Assembly: GCF_006345805.1 (NCBI RefSeq)
Contig: NC_043011.1
Location: 48,124,464-48,188,463 of the forward strand
DNA from: Octopus sinensis
Taxonomy: Eukaryota
Direction: 5' to 3'
Length of the DNA stretch: 64,000 nt
In this document: one piece after another, positions 12,959 to 25,900 of the stretch
How positions within the stretch are numbered: position 1 is the first letter of the stretch
Layout of the letters: each line of letters starts with the position of its first letter
Program-made: the position numbers and the translations under genes
The notes under the pieces: generated by a model
Told to the model about the DNA's origin: nothing
The model's input: only the letters and a program-made list of their open reading frames with translations
Databases searched by the model: none

Positions 12959-13777
12959 GAGGTCCAGACATCTCCCACAACTGTTTCTCAACACTTGAAA
13001 ACAATTGGAAAAGTCAAAAGGATGGATAGGTTTGTTCCCCATCAACTTAACGAGATACGAAGAAACAGATGCCTTACAGTATGTTCCATGTTGATTTCTT
13101 GGTTGGAAAGAGAATCATTTTTGTATTAACTTATTATATATGATGAGAAATGCATACTCTTTGATAAGAGGAGGAAGACGGGACAGTGGTTAGATGCAGA
13201 TGAGCCACCAAAACACTACCCAAAACCACCATTGCACCCAAAAATGTTAATGGTCACTGTATGGTGGTCAACAAAGGGGGTTATTCAATATTCATTTTTG
13301 CAACAAGGAAAAACTGTAATAGCAGCATCCTATTGTCAGGAAATTGATTATATGCATGAAAGATTAAAAAACAAGCAACCCAGATGAATGAATAGAGATG
13401 GCCCTATTTTGCTTCATGGTAATGCATGACCTCACACTTCTCAAGTTGCAATGCCTGAATTATGAAATTTTGGCACATAATCCTTATTCTCCTGATATCT
13501 CTCCAACTGATTATCTGATATTTAAACACTTCAAGCTTGCTTTATGCAATAATAAATTCTTAAATAAAGAAGAGATAATTGAAGCATTCAAACAGTTTAT
13601 CTATGTAAAGGATGACAAATTCTTTGAAGATGGAATATATGCCTTAGAGGAACGTTGGATGAAGGTCATAAATGAACAAGGATCATATTTTGATTAGATA
13701 ATAAATATTCTAAAACTTAAAAAAAACAATTTTAATGTTTCCTTTTCAAATGCGACATTTCAGGTGAAACAATCTAA
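12959..13777 (+). mobile_element. Mariner (DD34D-type) transposon, 5'-truncated, pseudogenised transposase plus right TIR
   Basis: FVPHQL (WVPHEL motif), IIYDEK, WLDADEPPKHYPKPPLHPK.LMVTVWW, LLHGNA*PH, YSPDISPTDY, RWMKVINEQGSYFD*; stops and a frameshift; ends ...aatctaa followed by TA. Confidence 0.92.
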
Positions 13778-14034
13778 TATTTTCAGAAATTTTTACTTCA
13801 AAATTGGAAACCCAAGCTATCAAAGAAACCCAAGCTATCAAGCGAAGGAAGTCAGCTAGCCCAGCCATAATATTTCTTCAACTATCACCAGAGTTCTTAT
13901 GTTTTTAAAAAACATTCTTTGCAGAGAACACTCATCATTTAGAGCAACTGAATTGTCTAATTCACTCTAGATATGAAACCAATGATTTTTTCTAAAACTG
14001 TTACTTTACATATACAGATATATATCTACATCTA

Positions 14035-14071
<37 letters not shown>

Positions 14072-14322
14072 ATATATATATAATATATATATATATATAT
14101 AATAGACACACCACACATTCACACATAAATATATATATTCAAAAAAAAGGAAAAGAATGACTTTACTTGTAGTTCTAATCAATTTAATTGATTTTTTTAA
14201 TTTTAATAATATAAAATAGATTTATGCACTAAAATTTATATTATTAAAAAATCAAAAAATTAAAAACTAATAAATTAAACTGAATAGAACTACTGGTTGC
14301 TAAGCAAGCTACTTACCACACA

Positions 14323-14366
<44 letters not shown>

Positions 14367-15289
14367 GTATGTATGTATGTGTGAGTATATGTTTGTGTGA
14401 CTATGTTTGTCCTCCCACCATCTATTGACAACCGATGTTGGTGTATTTACATCCCTATAACTTAGTGGTTTGGCAAAAGAGACTGAAAGAATAAGTACTA
14501 GGCTTTCAAAGAATAAATCCTTGGTCGACATGTTTGACTAAAAAGGTGGTGCTCCAGCATGGCTGCAGTCAAATGACCGAAACAAATAAAAAATAGAAAG
14601 AATAAAAGAAAGGTGTAATTTGAAGGGAAAATTTGGCTGTCATTTCTAGTAGGTGGAATGACCACTTGAATAAGATGCCTTGAATAAGCTGAAGATGATA
14701 GTGATACATAGCATGATTATTCTGAGGAGCAGAGGTCATTGTAGCTGCAGTGTGAGAAGAACTTGGAGGATACAGAGATACATAGAACTTGTCAGTAAGT
14801 AAGCATGCAATTGTAGCATTCTGTTGATGATAATGATGATGATGATGATGATGATGCAGACTGCAATTTATTTTGAATGCAGTCAAGAATTTTTACTTGT
14901 GCAGCAGCTGCAAGTTCACAGAGATAATGCATGTATATGTGTGCAAGAGAGAGAGATTTGCGAGAGCTGCATTTGGCTGAAATGATTGAGAAGCAGAGAG
15001 TACCAGCTGAAGTGGTATATGAATACATATACATAAGCCATTGACCTTTAGGTCAGAAACTTTTTCTCTCCTGACCCCCATCTCTTCTTTAAACGCTTAA
15101 GCAAATTGAAATAAACCTTTGCAAGAATGAATCTCAGTGCCTCCTGCAGTAGAAATATAGCCACTCACGCATGTTTGACCATGTATAAACACATATACAC
15201 ATGCACATGTTTGCATACACAGACACACACACACACACACACATATATATACACATACGCAGATATATGTACACACACACATATACAAA

Positions 15290-16140
15290 TACATATTCAC
15301 ATACATGTGTGAATGAACACACACATACAAATACATATCCATATACATGTGTGAATGAACACACACACACACATACTTATCCACATACATGTGTGAAATA
15401 ACACACACACACACACACACACATACAAATACTTATCCAAATACATGTGTGAATGAACACACACACACACACACTCACACACATACAAATACTTATCCAC
15501 ATACATGTGTGAATGAACACACACACACACATACAAATACTTATCCACATACATGTGCGAATGAACACACACACACACACACACACACTTACAAATACTT
15601 ATCCACATACATGTGTGAATGAACACACACACACACACACACACACATACAAATACTTATCCACATACATGTGTGAATGAACACACACACACACATACAA
15701 ATACTTATCCACATACATGTGTGAATGAACACACACACACACACACACATACAAATACTTATCCACATACATGTGTGAATGAACACACACACACACATAC
15801 AAATACTTATCCACATACATGTGTGAATGAACACACAAACACACACACACACATAAAAATACTTATCTGCATACATGTGTGAATGAACACACACAAACAC
15901 ATACAAATACTTATCCACATACATGTGTGAAATAACACACACACACACACACACACACATACAAATACTTATCCACATACATGTGTGAATGAACACACAC
16001 ACACACACACATACAAATACTTATCCACATACATGTGTGAATGAACACACACACGCATACAAATACTTATCCACATACATGTGTGAATGAACACACACAC
16101 ACACACACATACAAATACTTATCCACATACATGTGTGAGT
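15290..16140. repeat. Minisatellite, about 17 units of 45-60 bp with embedded (CA)n
   Basis: Unit catacaaatacttatccacatacatgtgtgaatgaa(ca)n. Confidence 0.92.
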
Positions 16141-16719
16141 GAACACACACACAAAGACACAGACATATATTCTAATATACCTATGCATGCACACATACAT
16201 ATGCATACATACACAGATTTACACACGTGTACACATAGGCATATACATTCACTTACACACATGCAGACACCTATTCACATATATTACACACATAGACACA
16301 TGCACTTGCTTACACACACATACACACATATATATATACACACAAATGCATATCCATATACATGTGTGAATGAACACACACACACATACACACACACATA
16401 TATATATTCTAATATACCCATGCATGCACCCATAAATATACACACATAATCAGATTTACACACACATACACATATGTACATACATTCACTTACACACACT
16501 TACACATACACTTATACATGTCTCCATGCATATATATTCACAAACACACATATACATATATATATATATACATATTCACATATGCATATGCATGCACATA
16601 TACATACACACACATGCACTCATATACTCAGCCATCACACATACATGCACACACACACACAGAGTGAAAGGTGAGATATTCCCACAAAGTCAAAAACAAT
16701 GTCATTATTTTCATATCAA

Positions 16720-16883
16720 ACACACTGACACACACAAACACACACATACACACGCACATACACCCACACGAACACACATACACAAACACACACATACACA
16801 CAAAAACAAACATACATACACACACAAACACACACATACACACACACATACACCCACACACACACACAAACACACATTCACAA

Positions 16884-16919
<36 letters not shown>

Positions 16920-17400
16920 ACATACACACACACGTACACCCACACAAACACACACACACACGCAAACACACACATACACAGACACATACACCCACACACA
17001 CACACACAAACACACATTCACAAACATACACACACACACACACACACACAAACACACACATACACACGCACATACACCCACACGAACACACACACACAAA
17101 CACACACATACACACACACATACACCCACACACACACACAAACACACATTCACAAACATACACACACACACACACACACACAAACACACACATACACACA
17201 CACGTACACCCACACAAACACACACGCACGCAAACACACACATACACAGACACGTACACCCACACAAACACACACAAACACACATTCACAAACATACACA
17301 CACACACACACACACACAAACACACCCACACACAAACACCCTCTGGCACACACACACACATAAACACATTCACAAACAAACATACACACACACAAGCTCA
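16720..17400. repeat. Degenerate (CA)n array with longer-period substructure
   Basis: Recurring cacacacaaacacacattcacaaacatacacac and cacgtacacccacacaaac motifs. Confidence 0.85.
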
Positions 17401-17438
17401 CACATTTTCTCACACATACATACATAAAGCAAGAAACA

Positions 17439-17469
<31 letters not shown>

Positions 17470-18244
17470 CAAAACAACGACAACAACAACAACAACAACA
17501 ACAACAGCAGCAGCAGCAGCAGCAACAACAACAACAGCAAATAGATATAAGAGACAATCAAATAACACAATGTAGCTATGTCATTATTTTCATTATTAAT
17601 AATCTAATCCCGTTAAGAACTGATGTTAATTAGTGCCAAACTGCATGACAATGTAAACAAGAAGGTAAAAAAAAAAGGAAAAATGAAACAAAAAAACACC
17701 AGCAAAAAATACTATTTAGAAAATAAGATAGAAAAATAACAACAATGATGGACTGATATTAACTTTACTTATATATTTAATTATTAATTTATTTATATAT
17801 ATATTTATTTATTTATTTTGTTTTCAAATATATCAGGCTTAATTAAGGGGTTAGCTGGTAGAATCCTTACCATGCCAAGAGAAATGCTTAGCAGTATTTC
17901 GGTCTATCTGAGTTCAATTTCCACTGAGGTCGACTTCGCCTTTTATCTTTTCAGGGGTCGATAAATTAAGTACCAATTGCATACTGGGGGGTTGATCTAA
18001 TCGACTGCTCCTCCCTCCCTCCCTCCCAAAACATTTCTGCCCTTGTTCCTTGAGTAGAAAAGAATCTGGCAGAATCGTTAGAATACTGGGAAAAATGTTT
18101 TGTGGCATTCTGTTGTGATGATCTGAGTTCAAATTCCACCTACGTTTTATTTGTCCTTCATTCATTCAAGAGTGGTCAACTAAGAACCAGGGGTCAATGT
18201 AATAGATTCACCCAATCTCCCAAAAATGCTGGCCTTGTCCAAAG

Positions 18245-18342
18245 CTTGGGCAAGTGTCTTCTACTGTAGCCTCGGGCCGACCAAAGCCTTGTGATTGGAT
18301 TTGGTAGACGGAAACTGAAAGAAGCCTGTCGTATATATGTAT
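18245..18342 (+). mobile_element. SINE-A internal fragment
   Basis: cttgggcaagtgtcttctactgtagcctcgggccgaccaaagcc...gaagcctgtcgtatat. Confidence 0.8.
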
Positions 18343-18436
18343 ATCAAAACAGACTTAGAGTAAAGTAGATTATTTTTTATATTTTTGTTTATTTTTAGCT
18401 ATGCTTGAACACTGCCTCGTGCTCCAAATATAGTAT

Positions 18437-18655
18437 TTTACTCTTTTACTCTTTTACTTGTTTCAGTCATTTGACTGTGGCCATGCTGGAGCACTGCCTT
18501 TAGTCGAGCAAATCGACCCCAGGACTTATTCTTTGTAAGCCTAGTACTTATTCTATCGCTTTCTTTTGCCGAACTGCTAAGTGACAGGGACGTAAACACA
18601 CCAGCATCGGTTGTCAAGCAATGCTAGGGGGACAAACACAGACACACAAACATAC

Positions 18656-18686
<31 letters not shown>

Positions 18687-18858
18687 CATATATACGAAAG
18701 GCTTCTTTCAGTTTCCGTCTACCAAATCCACTCACAAGGCTTTGGTCGACCCGAGGCTACAGTAGAAGACACTTGCCCAAGGTGCGACGCAGTGGGACTG
18801 AATCCAGAACAATGTGGTTGGTAAGCAAGCTACTTACCACACAGCCACTCCTACGCCT
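18437..18858 (-). mobile_element. SINE-A, full length
   Basis: Complete head, body and tail on the minus strand. Confidence 0.85.
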
Positions 18859-19319
18859 ATAGGTTCAATTCTCAATCAAATCATTTTCCTATAATATGAA
18901 TCCTAGTTTTTCTTGTCGCTGTCTATTATATAATCATTACGTAACTGAAGAATTAAGAGACAATGACCTTGACTCCTAAAAACCTGCCCTATAGGTTAAC
19001 TAGAATATGTGGTGACATTCCACCTCAATTAAGGATACAGAAATACTCTTGGTTGGTGTCGGGGTGCACAGTAAAACCACTGGAAGTGAAGAACTCCTGA
19101 CCTGTTGTCACAAAATCGTTCTAGGAGAGAGACATTCTGATGTAAAACCTTCAGTTTCACAATATTAATTAGTGGTCATCTGACTTTAGCCTGTCACTCT
19201 AAGGGTGGTACTTGTATTGTAGAAGTATTTAATCACTAAATTCCATTGATGTCCAGATATTTCTTGATGATAACCTCATTTGTCCTATGGCAACAGAAGG
19301 GTTGTGACATATGCAAACC

Positions 19320-19635
19320 CAACCTGGGATTGAACTCAGAATCTTGGGCATATGGTGTAGTGGTTAAGAGTGTGGCAAGCTGGCAGAAACGTTAGCACGC
19401 CGGGCGAAATGCTTTGCGGTATTTCGTCTGCCGTTACGTTCTGAGTTCAAATTCCGCCAAGGTCGACTTTGCCTTTCATCCTTTTGGGGTCGATAAATTA
19501 AAGTACCAGTTACGCACTGGGGTCGATGTAATCGACTTAATACCAATGTCTGTCCTTGTTTATCCCCTCTCTGTTTAGCCCCTTGTGGGTAATAAAGAAA
19601 TAGGTTAAGAGTGTGGGCTACCAACCCAAAGATAT
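19320..19635. mobile_element. Head region of the tRNA-headed fold-back element, interrupted by a SINE-B
   Basis: cctgggattgaactcagaatcttggg (inverted arm) joined to gcatatggtgtagtggttaagagtgtgg...gctaccaacccaaag. Confidence 0.65.
19376..19602 (+). mobile_element. SINE-B with 14-bp target-site duplication
   Basis: ggttaagagtgtgg at 19362-19375 and 19603-19616. Confidence 0.88.
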
Positions 19636-19911
19636 TTTTATATACATACATACATACATGCATATGTATACATATACACATATGTATACATATTTACATA
19701 CATATATAGCCATCCATACATGCAAGCATGTCAGCTCTGTGGCCATGCCCCAACTCCCATTCTCAGTGTAGAGTTCTTTGTCTCACAGGTGTCGGAACCA
19801 CATAAAATGTACTCATGGCAGTGCCATGTAAATGTGTGCTGGTGCCACAAAAACGGCACCCACCACAGTCTGTAAAGTGGTAGGCTCTAGGAAGGATAAT
19901 ACAGTTTTATA

Positions 19912-20290
19912 TTTAAAAGATGAGGAATTATTTACATTTGACAGATATTTGTCCTCATCTTGTTTGTTGTTAACACAACGTTTTTGGTTGATACGCCCTC
20001 TTTGAACCAGGGTTCTCATTCTTAAAGACGTCGTCGTCATGGACTTCATCATCATCATCATTCAGATCACTGCTTGGAATTGAACTTGGAAACGTGGGGT
20101 TAGTAGCTGCACTAACCACTATCCCATATGCATAAAAAAATACATTAAGAATGAGACCCCAGGTTCGAAATTTCCGCAAGACACCTGATGAAGGCTGGAG
20201 GGTATATCAGCTGAAATGTTGTGTTAACAACAAAGAAGATGAGGACAAATGTATGTCAAATGTAAATAATGTAAATAATGTAAATAACCA
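19912..20290. mobile_element. tRNA-headed, hammerhead-bearing fold-back element (copy 2, partly deleted)
   Basis: Arms atttacatttgacagatatttgtcctcatcttgtttgttgttaacacaac and gttgtgttaacaacaaagaagatgaggacaaatgtatgtcaaatgtaaat are inverted; homologous to 43308-43800. Confidence 0.8.
20180..20225 (+). ncRNA. Minimal type-I hammerhead ribozyme motif (degenerate)
   Basis: gacac CTGATGA a ggctg gagggtatat cagct GAAA tgt t gtgtt: stem I gacac/gtgtt, stem II ggctg/cagct, core intact, stem III palindrome mutated. Confidence 0.6.
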
Positions 20291-20478
20291 GGAAGGGTGT
20301 CCTGCCATAGAAGCCATGCCAAAACAGACACAGAGCCTGAACAGCTCTTCAGCTGGTTGGCTCCTGTCAAACCAACTAACCCATGCCAGCATGGAAAATG
20401 GATGTTAAACAACGATGATGATGATGGTGTTTGTATATATGCATATATATATATATATATATATATTATACATACACA

Positions 20479-20538
<60 letters not shown>

Positions 20539-20884
20539 GACACATATATATATATACATACATACACATATATGTATATATATACACAGACACATATATA
20601 TATATGTGTGTATGTACATAGACATATATACATATGTATGCATACACACACACACGCACGCACACACACATATATATATATATACATATAGACACACACA
20701 CATACACACATACACGCAACCAGTTACGCAAACACATTTTTATAATTTTAATTTGGAGATTAAATATAATGTGAAAATAAATATTAACTAAATATAAAAG
20801 ATGAAAGAGATTGTGATAAATTGAAGTTAACAACTTTCTTAATGTACTTAAAATAAATTCATTAAAAGATTCCATACACTCACA

Positions 20885-20904
20885 TTATCATTATTATTAT
20901 TATT

Positions 20905-20940
<36 letters not shown>

Positions 20941-21179
20941 ATTATTATTATTATCATTATTATTATCATTATTATTATTAATATTATTATTATTATTATT
21001 ATTATTCTTATTATTATATATTATATTATTATTAGTATTATTATTATTATTTTATTATTATTATTATATTATCATTATTATTATTAATATTATTATCATC
21101 ATTATTATTATTATTGTTATTATTATTATTATTATTATCATTATTACTATTATCATTATTATCATTATTATTATTATTA

Positions 21180-21218
<39 letters not shown>

Positions 21219-21355
21219 CATTATTATTATTATTATTATTATTGTTATTATTATTATTATTAATATTATTATTATTATTATTATTAATATTATTATTATT
21301 ATTATTATCATTATTATTATTATTATTATTATTATCATTATTATTATTATTATTA

Positions 21356-21391
<36 letters not shown>

Positions 21392-21405
21392 CATTATTAT
21401 TATTA

Positions 21406-21436
<31 letters not shown>

Positions 21437-21480
21437 GATATTTTTATTATTATCATTATTATTATTATTATTATCATATA
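20885..21480. repeat. Long (ATT)n/(GTT)n microsatellite
   Basis: Direct reading. Confidence 0.95.
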
Positions 21481-21734
21481 AAAGAAATCATTATTATAAC
21501 CACAAAAATTAGCAACAAATAAATAAATAGAAAATACATAAAAAATATAACAAAAAAATAGATTGGAAGGATATGATTAAGATTAATCATAATGTTTGTA
21601 CGAAATATTTCATTTATTTACTATTTATTTTAGGTTTTTCGTTTGTTTGTTTGCTTGTTTGATATGTTTTGATGGCGGCGGTGGGGTGGGGGTGGAAGTA
21701 TCGTTGTCATTCTTCGCATTTGCGTCATCGTCAT

Positions 21735-21738
21735 TGTT

Positions 21739-21805
<67 letters not shown>

Positions 21806-22180
21806 ACATCATCATCATCATCATCATCATCATCAACATCATCATCATCATCATCACGACTGTCAACATCATCGCCGCCATCGGCTCTATTGCTAAATAT
21901 ATACCACGAACATTAATACCATCATCGTAACCGTCATCATTTGCATCACTGCTATTGCCCCCAGCTTCAGCATCGTTTCCATCACATTCATTATAACCAC
22001 CACTACCAGCACCACTACCACCACCACCACCACCACCACCACCAGCACCACCACCATCATCCTCATCATAACCTTCATTCTCATTCCATTACTCCCACCA
22101 CCACTACTACCACCACCGCCACCACCACCACCACCACGACCATCAGCAACAACATCATCATCATCATCATTATTGCCATT
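21735..22180. repeat. (CAT)n/(CAC)n low-complexity tract
   Basis: Direct reading. Confidence 0.9.
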
Positions 22181-22559
22181 AATTCAATTACCATAAGCAT
22201 ATATACACCCGACACTGTCATCATCACAAGCTGTTTGATGTAGTAACCTGTTGATTCTGAAAAAGCAAACACCCAATCGTCTTTCAAAACAAGTATTTAG
22301 GAGCAGGTGTGGTTGCGTGGTAAGCTGTTCGCTTCTGAATGACATGGTTCTGAGTTCAGTACCACTGCATGGCAACTTGACTTGGGAAAGGGTATGTATG
22401 TAAATATGTATACAAATGAGTGTATGCACATCATCATCATCATCATCATTTAACGTCCGTTTTCCGCACTAGCACGGGTTGGACAGGTAGCACGGGTTGG
22501 ACATGTATACATATCTATGTATATATATGTAATTGCGGATGTATATAACAATATAGTGT

Positions 22560-22845
22560 GGCCGATGTCATCTGACAGGCACCTGTGTTGGTGGTATGTA
22601 AAAAGTGCCATTCAAACATGACCGATGTCAATGCCACTTGACTGGCTCCTGTGCCAGTGGTAATGTAAAAGCACCCATTACATTCTCAGAGGGGTTGGCA
22701 TTAGGAAGGGCATCTAGCTGTAGAAACCTTGCCAGATCAGACTGGAGACTAGTACAACCTCCTGGCTTGCCAGTTCTTAGTCAAACTGTCCCACCCATGC
22801 CAGCATAGAAAGTGGACATTAATTGACAATGATGAGGATAATGAA
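22560..22845 (+). mobile_element. RTE LINE 3' end
   Basis: 3' UTR repeat remnants plus ggcattaggaagggcatc...catgccagcatagaaagtggacatt. Confidence 0.65.
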
Positions 22846-22879
22846 GACCACCATACACATGTGCATGAGTGTTTGTGTA

Positions 22880-22932
<53 letters not shown>

Positions 22933-23212
22933 ACAATTGAGGGTAAAATTAATTAATTAATCAATTTCACCAAGTGTTCAGTATGTAAAAGGACCATTTA
23001 AGGCGAATTCAAAATATTACATTATATAATTAGGGCTTAGTAAAATAAATTACTTTGCCACATACTGAACTTAGTAGAAATAGCAGCCCAAAAAAATTTT
23101 TATTAGCATTTCTACTACTTAAAGAAAATTCTCTCAGATAATGTTCACTCTAGACAGCTCACGAAGGTTTGGGGGTAAATACAGAAAATATCACAAGTAC
23201 ATATAATGTATA

Positions 23213-23244
<32 letters not shown>

Positions 23245-23296
23245 ATATATATGTGGTGGTCAAATATACATTCATAATACATACATACATACATAC

Positions 23297-23328
<32 letters not shown>

Positions 23329-23419
23329 TTATATTATATTAAATACACACACACACACAAATATATATTATATATATATATATATATTATATATATATAT
23401 ATATATATAATATATATAC

Positions 23420-23454
<35 letters not shown>

Positions 23455-23737
23455 ACACACACACATATATTATATATATATATATATATATATAGCAAAT
23501 ATTTAACAGACATATACACACATAGATACATAGTGTGTATAAACCTATGCATATTTTTCAGGCATGATATATATCTGGCTTGTACCAGTATAATTTAACC
23601 TTCATCGACATATAATAAATCTGCAATAAACTTGTCAAGATATCTGAATTATGAACTGCAATTTATGCCTTTCTCATTGGTTACTATTATATTATATACG
23701 TTTTAGAGATACATCAGGATATATATATATATACATA

Positions 23738-23888
23738 AGAGTAGCTGTGTGGTAAATAGCTTGGCTACCAACCACATGGTTAAGGGTTCAGTCCCGCTAT
23801 GTGGCACCTTGGGCATGTGTCTTCTACTATTGCCTTGTGAGTAGATTTGGTAGACAGAAACTGAAAGAAGCTTGTTGTGTGTGTGTGC

Positions 23889-23934
<46 letters not shown>

Positions 23935-24140
23935 TTGTGTGTCTGTGTTTGTACCCCCACTATTGTTTGACAATCGATGATGTTGTGCTTATGTCCCCAT
24001 AACTTAGTGGTTTGGCAAAAGCGACCAATAGAATAAGTACTAGGCTTACAAAGAATAAGTCCTGAGGTTGATTTACACGACTAAAGGTGGTGCTTCAACA
24101 TGGCCACAGTCAAATGATTGAAACAAATAAAAGAGTAAAA
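23738..24140 (+). mobile_element. SINE-A, near full length
   Basis: Head, central (TG)n and tail match the other copies. Confidence 0.8.
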
Positions 24141-24243
24141 TGAGTAACATATATATATATATATATATATATACCCTCTCACCTCTGCCACTAGCTAGCG
24201 TATACAGGTGCTTACACTTATCAAGTATTCACCCTAAATTTAC

Positions 24244-24284
<41 letters not shown>

Positions 24285-25441
24285 GCAGCACAACAAAGCA
24301 GTAATATTTATAATTTATATATATATTTATAATTATAATTTTTTATATATACATTCATAAATACATACATATATAAAAATCCATATATATATGTGTGTGT
24401 ATATGTGTGTGTATGTATGTATATATACATAAATATATGTGTTTGTATGTATGTGTGTACATATATATATTATTATTTCTAACCTTGTGCAGCCTTACTG
24501 TTATCATTGTCGATAATGTCACTAGGTCAGTATAAATATTTAACATCAAAATATTTAGAAAGAAGTAAAAATTTGGGTGATGTATGTGTGTATATCTTTT
24601 GCTGGTACATATAGGCAAAGGATGTAAACATTGGGGACAAAACTGAAAACCTAGTGCTCTTGCACTGCAACAAGTTACGTATGTAGATACAGACATGGCT
24701 TCCCAACCACATGGTTCCTGGTTCAGTCCCACTGTGTGGCATGTTAGGCAAATGTCTTCTACGATGGCTTCAGCCTGACCAAAGCCCAATGAGTGGACTT
24801 GGTAGACAGAAACTGAAAAAAGCCAATTATAATATGTGTGTGCTTGTGTGTGATTGTGTCTATGTGTGTACCCCAGCACCGTTTTACAACTGGAGTTAAT
24901 GTGCTTGCATTCCTGTAACTTAGGAGTTTGGCAAAAAAGACCAAAGTGCAATGCAGGAGAACTGAACCACCAACCATGTGATTGGGCAGCAATCTTCTTA
25001 CCACGCTGCCAAGCCTGATATAAAATACAAAGACAAACATAAACAAAATACAATGTAATTTTATATGCATATGTTTTAATGATAATGATAATAATAATTA
25101 TTAATTACTGTTATTATCCTAATTAAAAGTTAGGCAGAATTGGCAGAATGGCAGACAAAAATTTTAAAACACTAATTGTGGCTTTGTGCCAATGTGATTT
25201 AACATTATACATTTTCATTATTATTAATGACTAATATTACAGAGATGTACTTGCATAGCAAGTGACTTGATCTCAGATTATGTGCTGAAACAAAAACAAT
25301 TCAAACCGTGACCTGTTCACTGACAAAAACTACATGCTGCATCACAAAGTTTTGTCAGTGGACAGTTCGCACTTTCAAAGCAACGAAAATATTTCGACAC
25401 AAACTAAATTTAAAAGTTCGAATAAATCTAACAGATTTCTG

Positions 25442-25900
25442 TCATCATCATCATCATTTAACGTCCGCTTTCCATGCTAGCATGGGTTGCACGATTTGAC
25501 TGAGGGCTGGTGAACCAGATGGCTGCACCAGGCTCCAATCTTGACCTGGCAGAGTTTCTACAGCTGGATGCCCTTCCTAACGCCAACCACTCCGAGAGTG
25601 TAGTGGGTGCTTTTTACATGCATCTGGCACGGGGGCCAGTCAGGCAGTACTGGCAATGACCTCGCTCGAATCTCTTTACACATGCCACCGGCACAGGTTT
25701 CAGTAAGGCGATGCTGGTAACGAACACGCTCGAATGGTGCCTTTTATGAGCCACAGGCACGGAAGCCAGTTAGCCGCTCTGGCAACGATCACGCTCAGAT
25801 GGTGCTCTTGACACCCTACTAGCATGGGCTCAAGTGCCAGTAAGGCAATGCTGGTAACGATCACACACGAATGGTGCCTTTTATGTGCCACTGGCACTTA
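25442..25900 (-). mobile_element. RTE LINE 3' end with several 3' UTR repeat units
   Basis: (CAT)n tttaacgtccgctttccatgctagcatggg...cagctggatgcccttcctaacgcc. Confidence 0.75.

Noticed and set aside
16526-17575. 349-aa His/Thr-rich ORF and poly-Q-like run at 17437-17540
   Set aside because: (CA)n and (CAG/CAA)n translation; the frame shifts inside the run and there are no flanking coding features.
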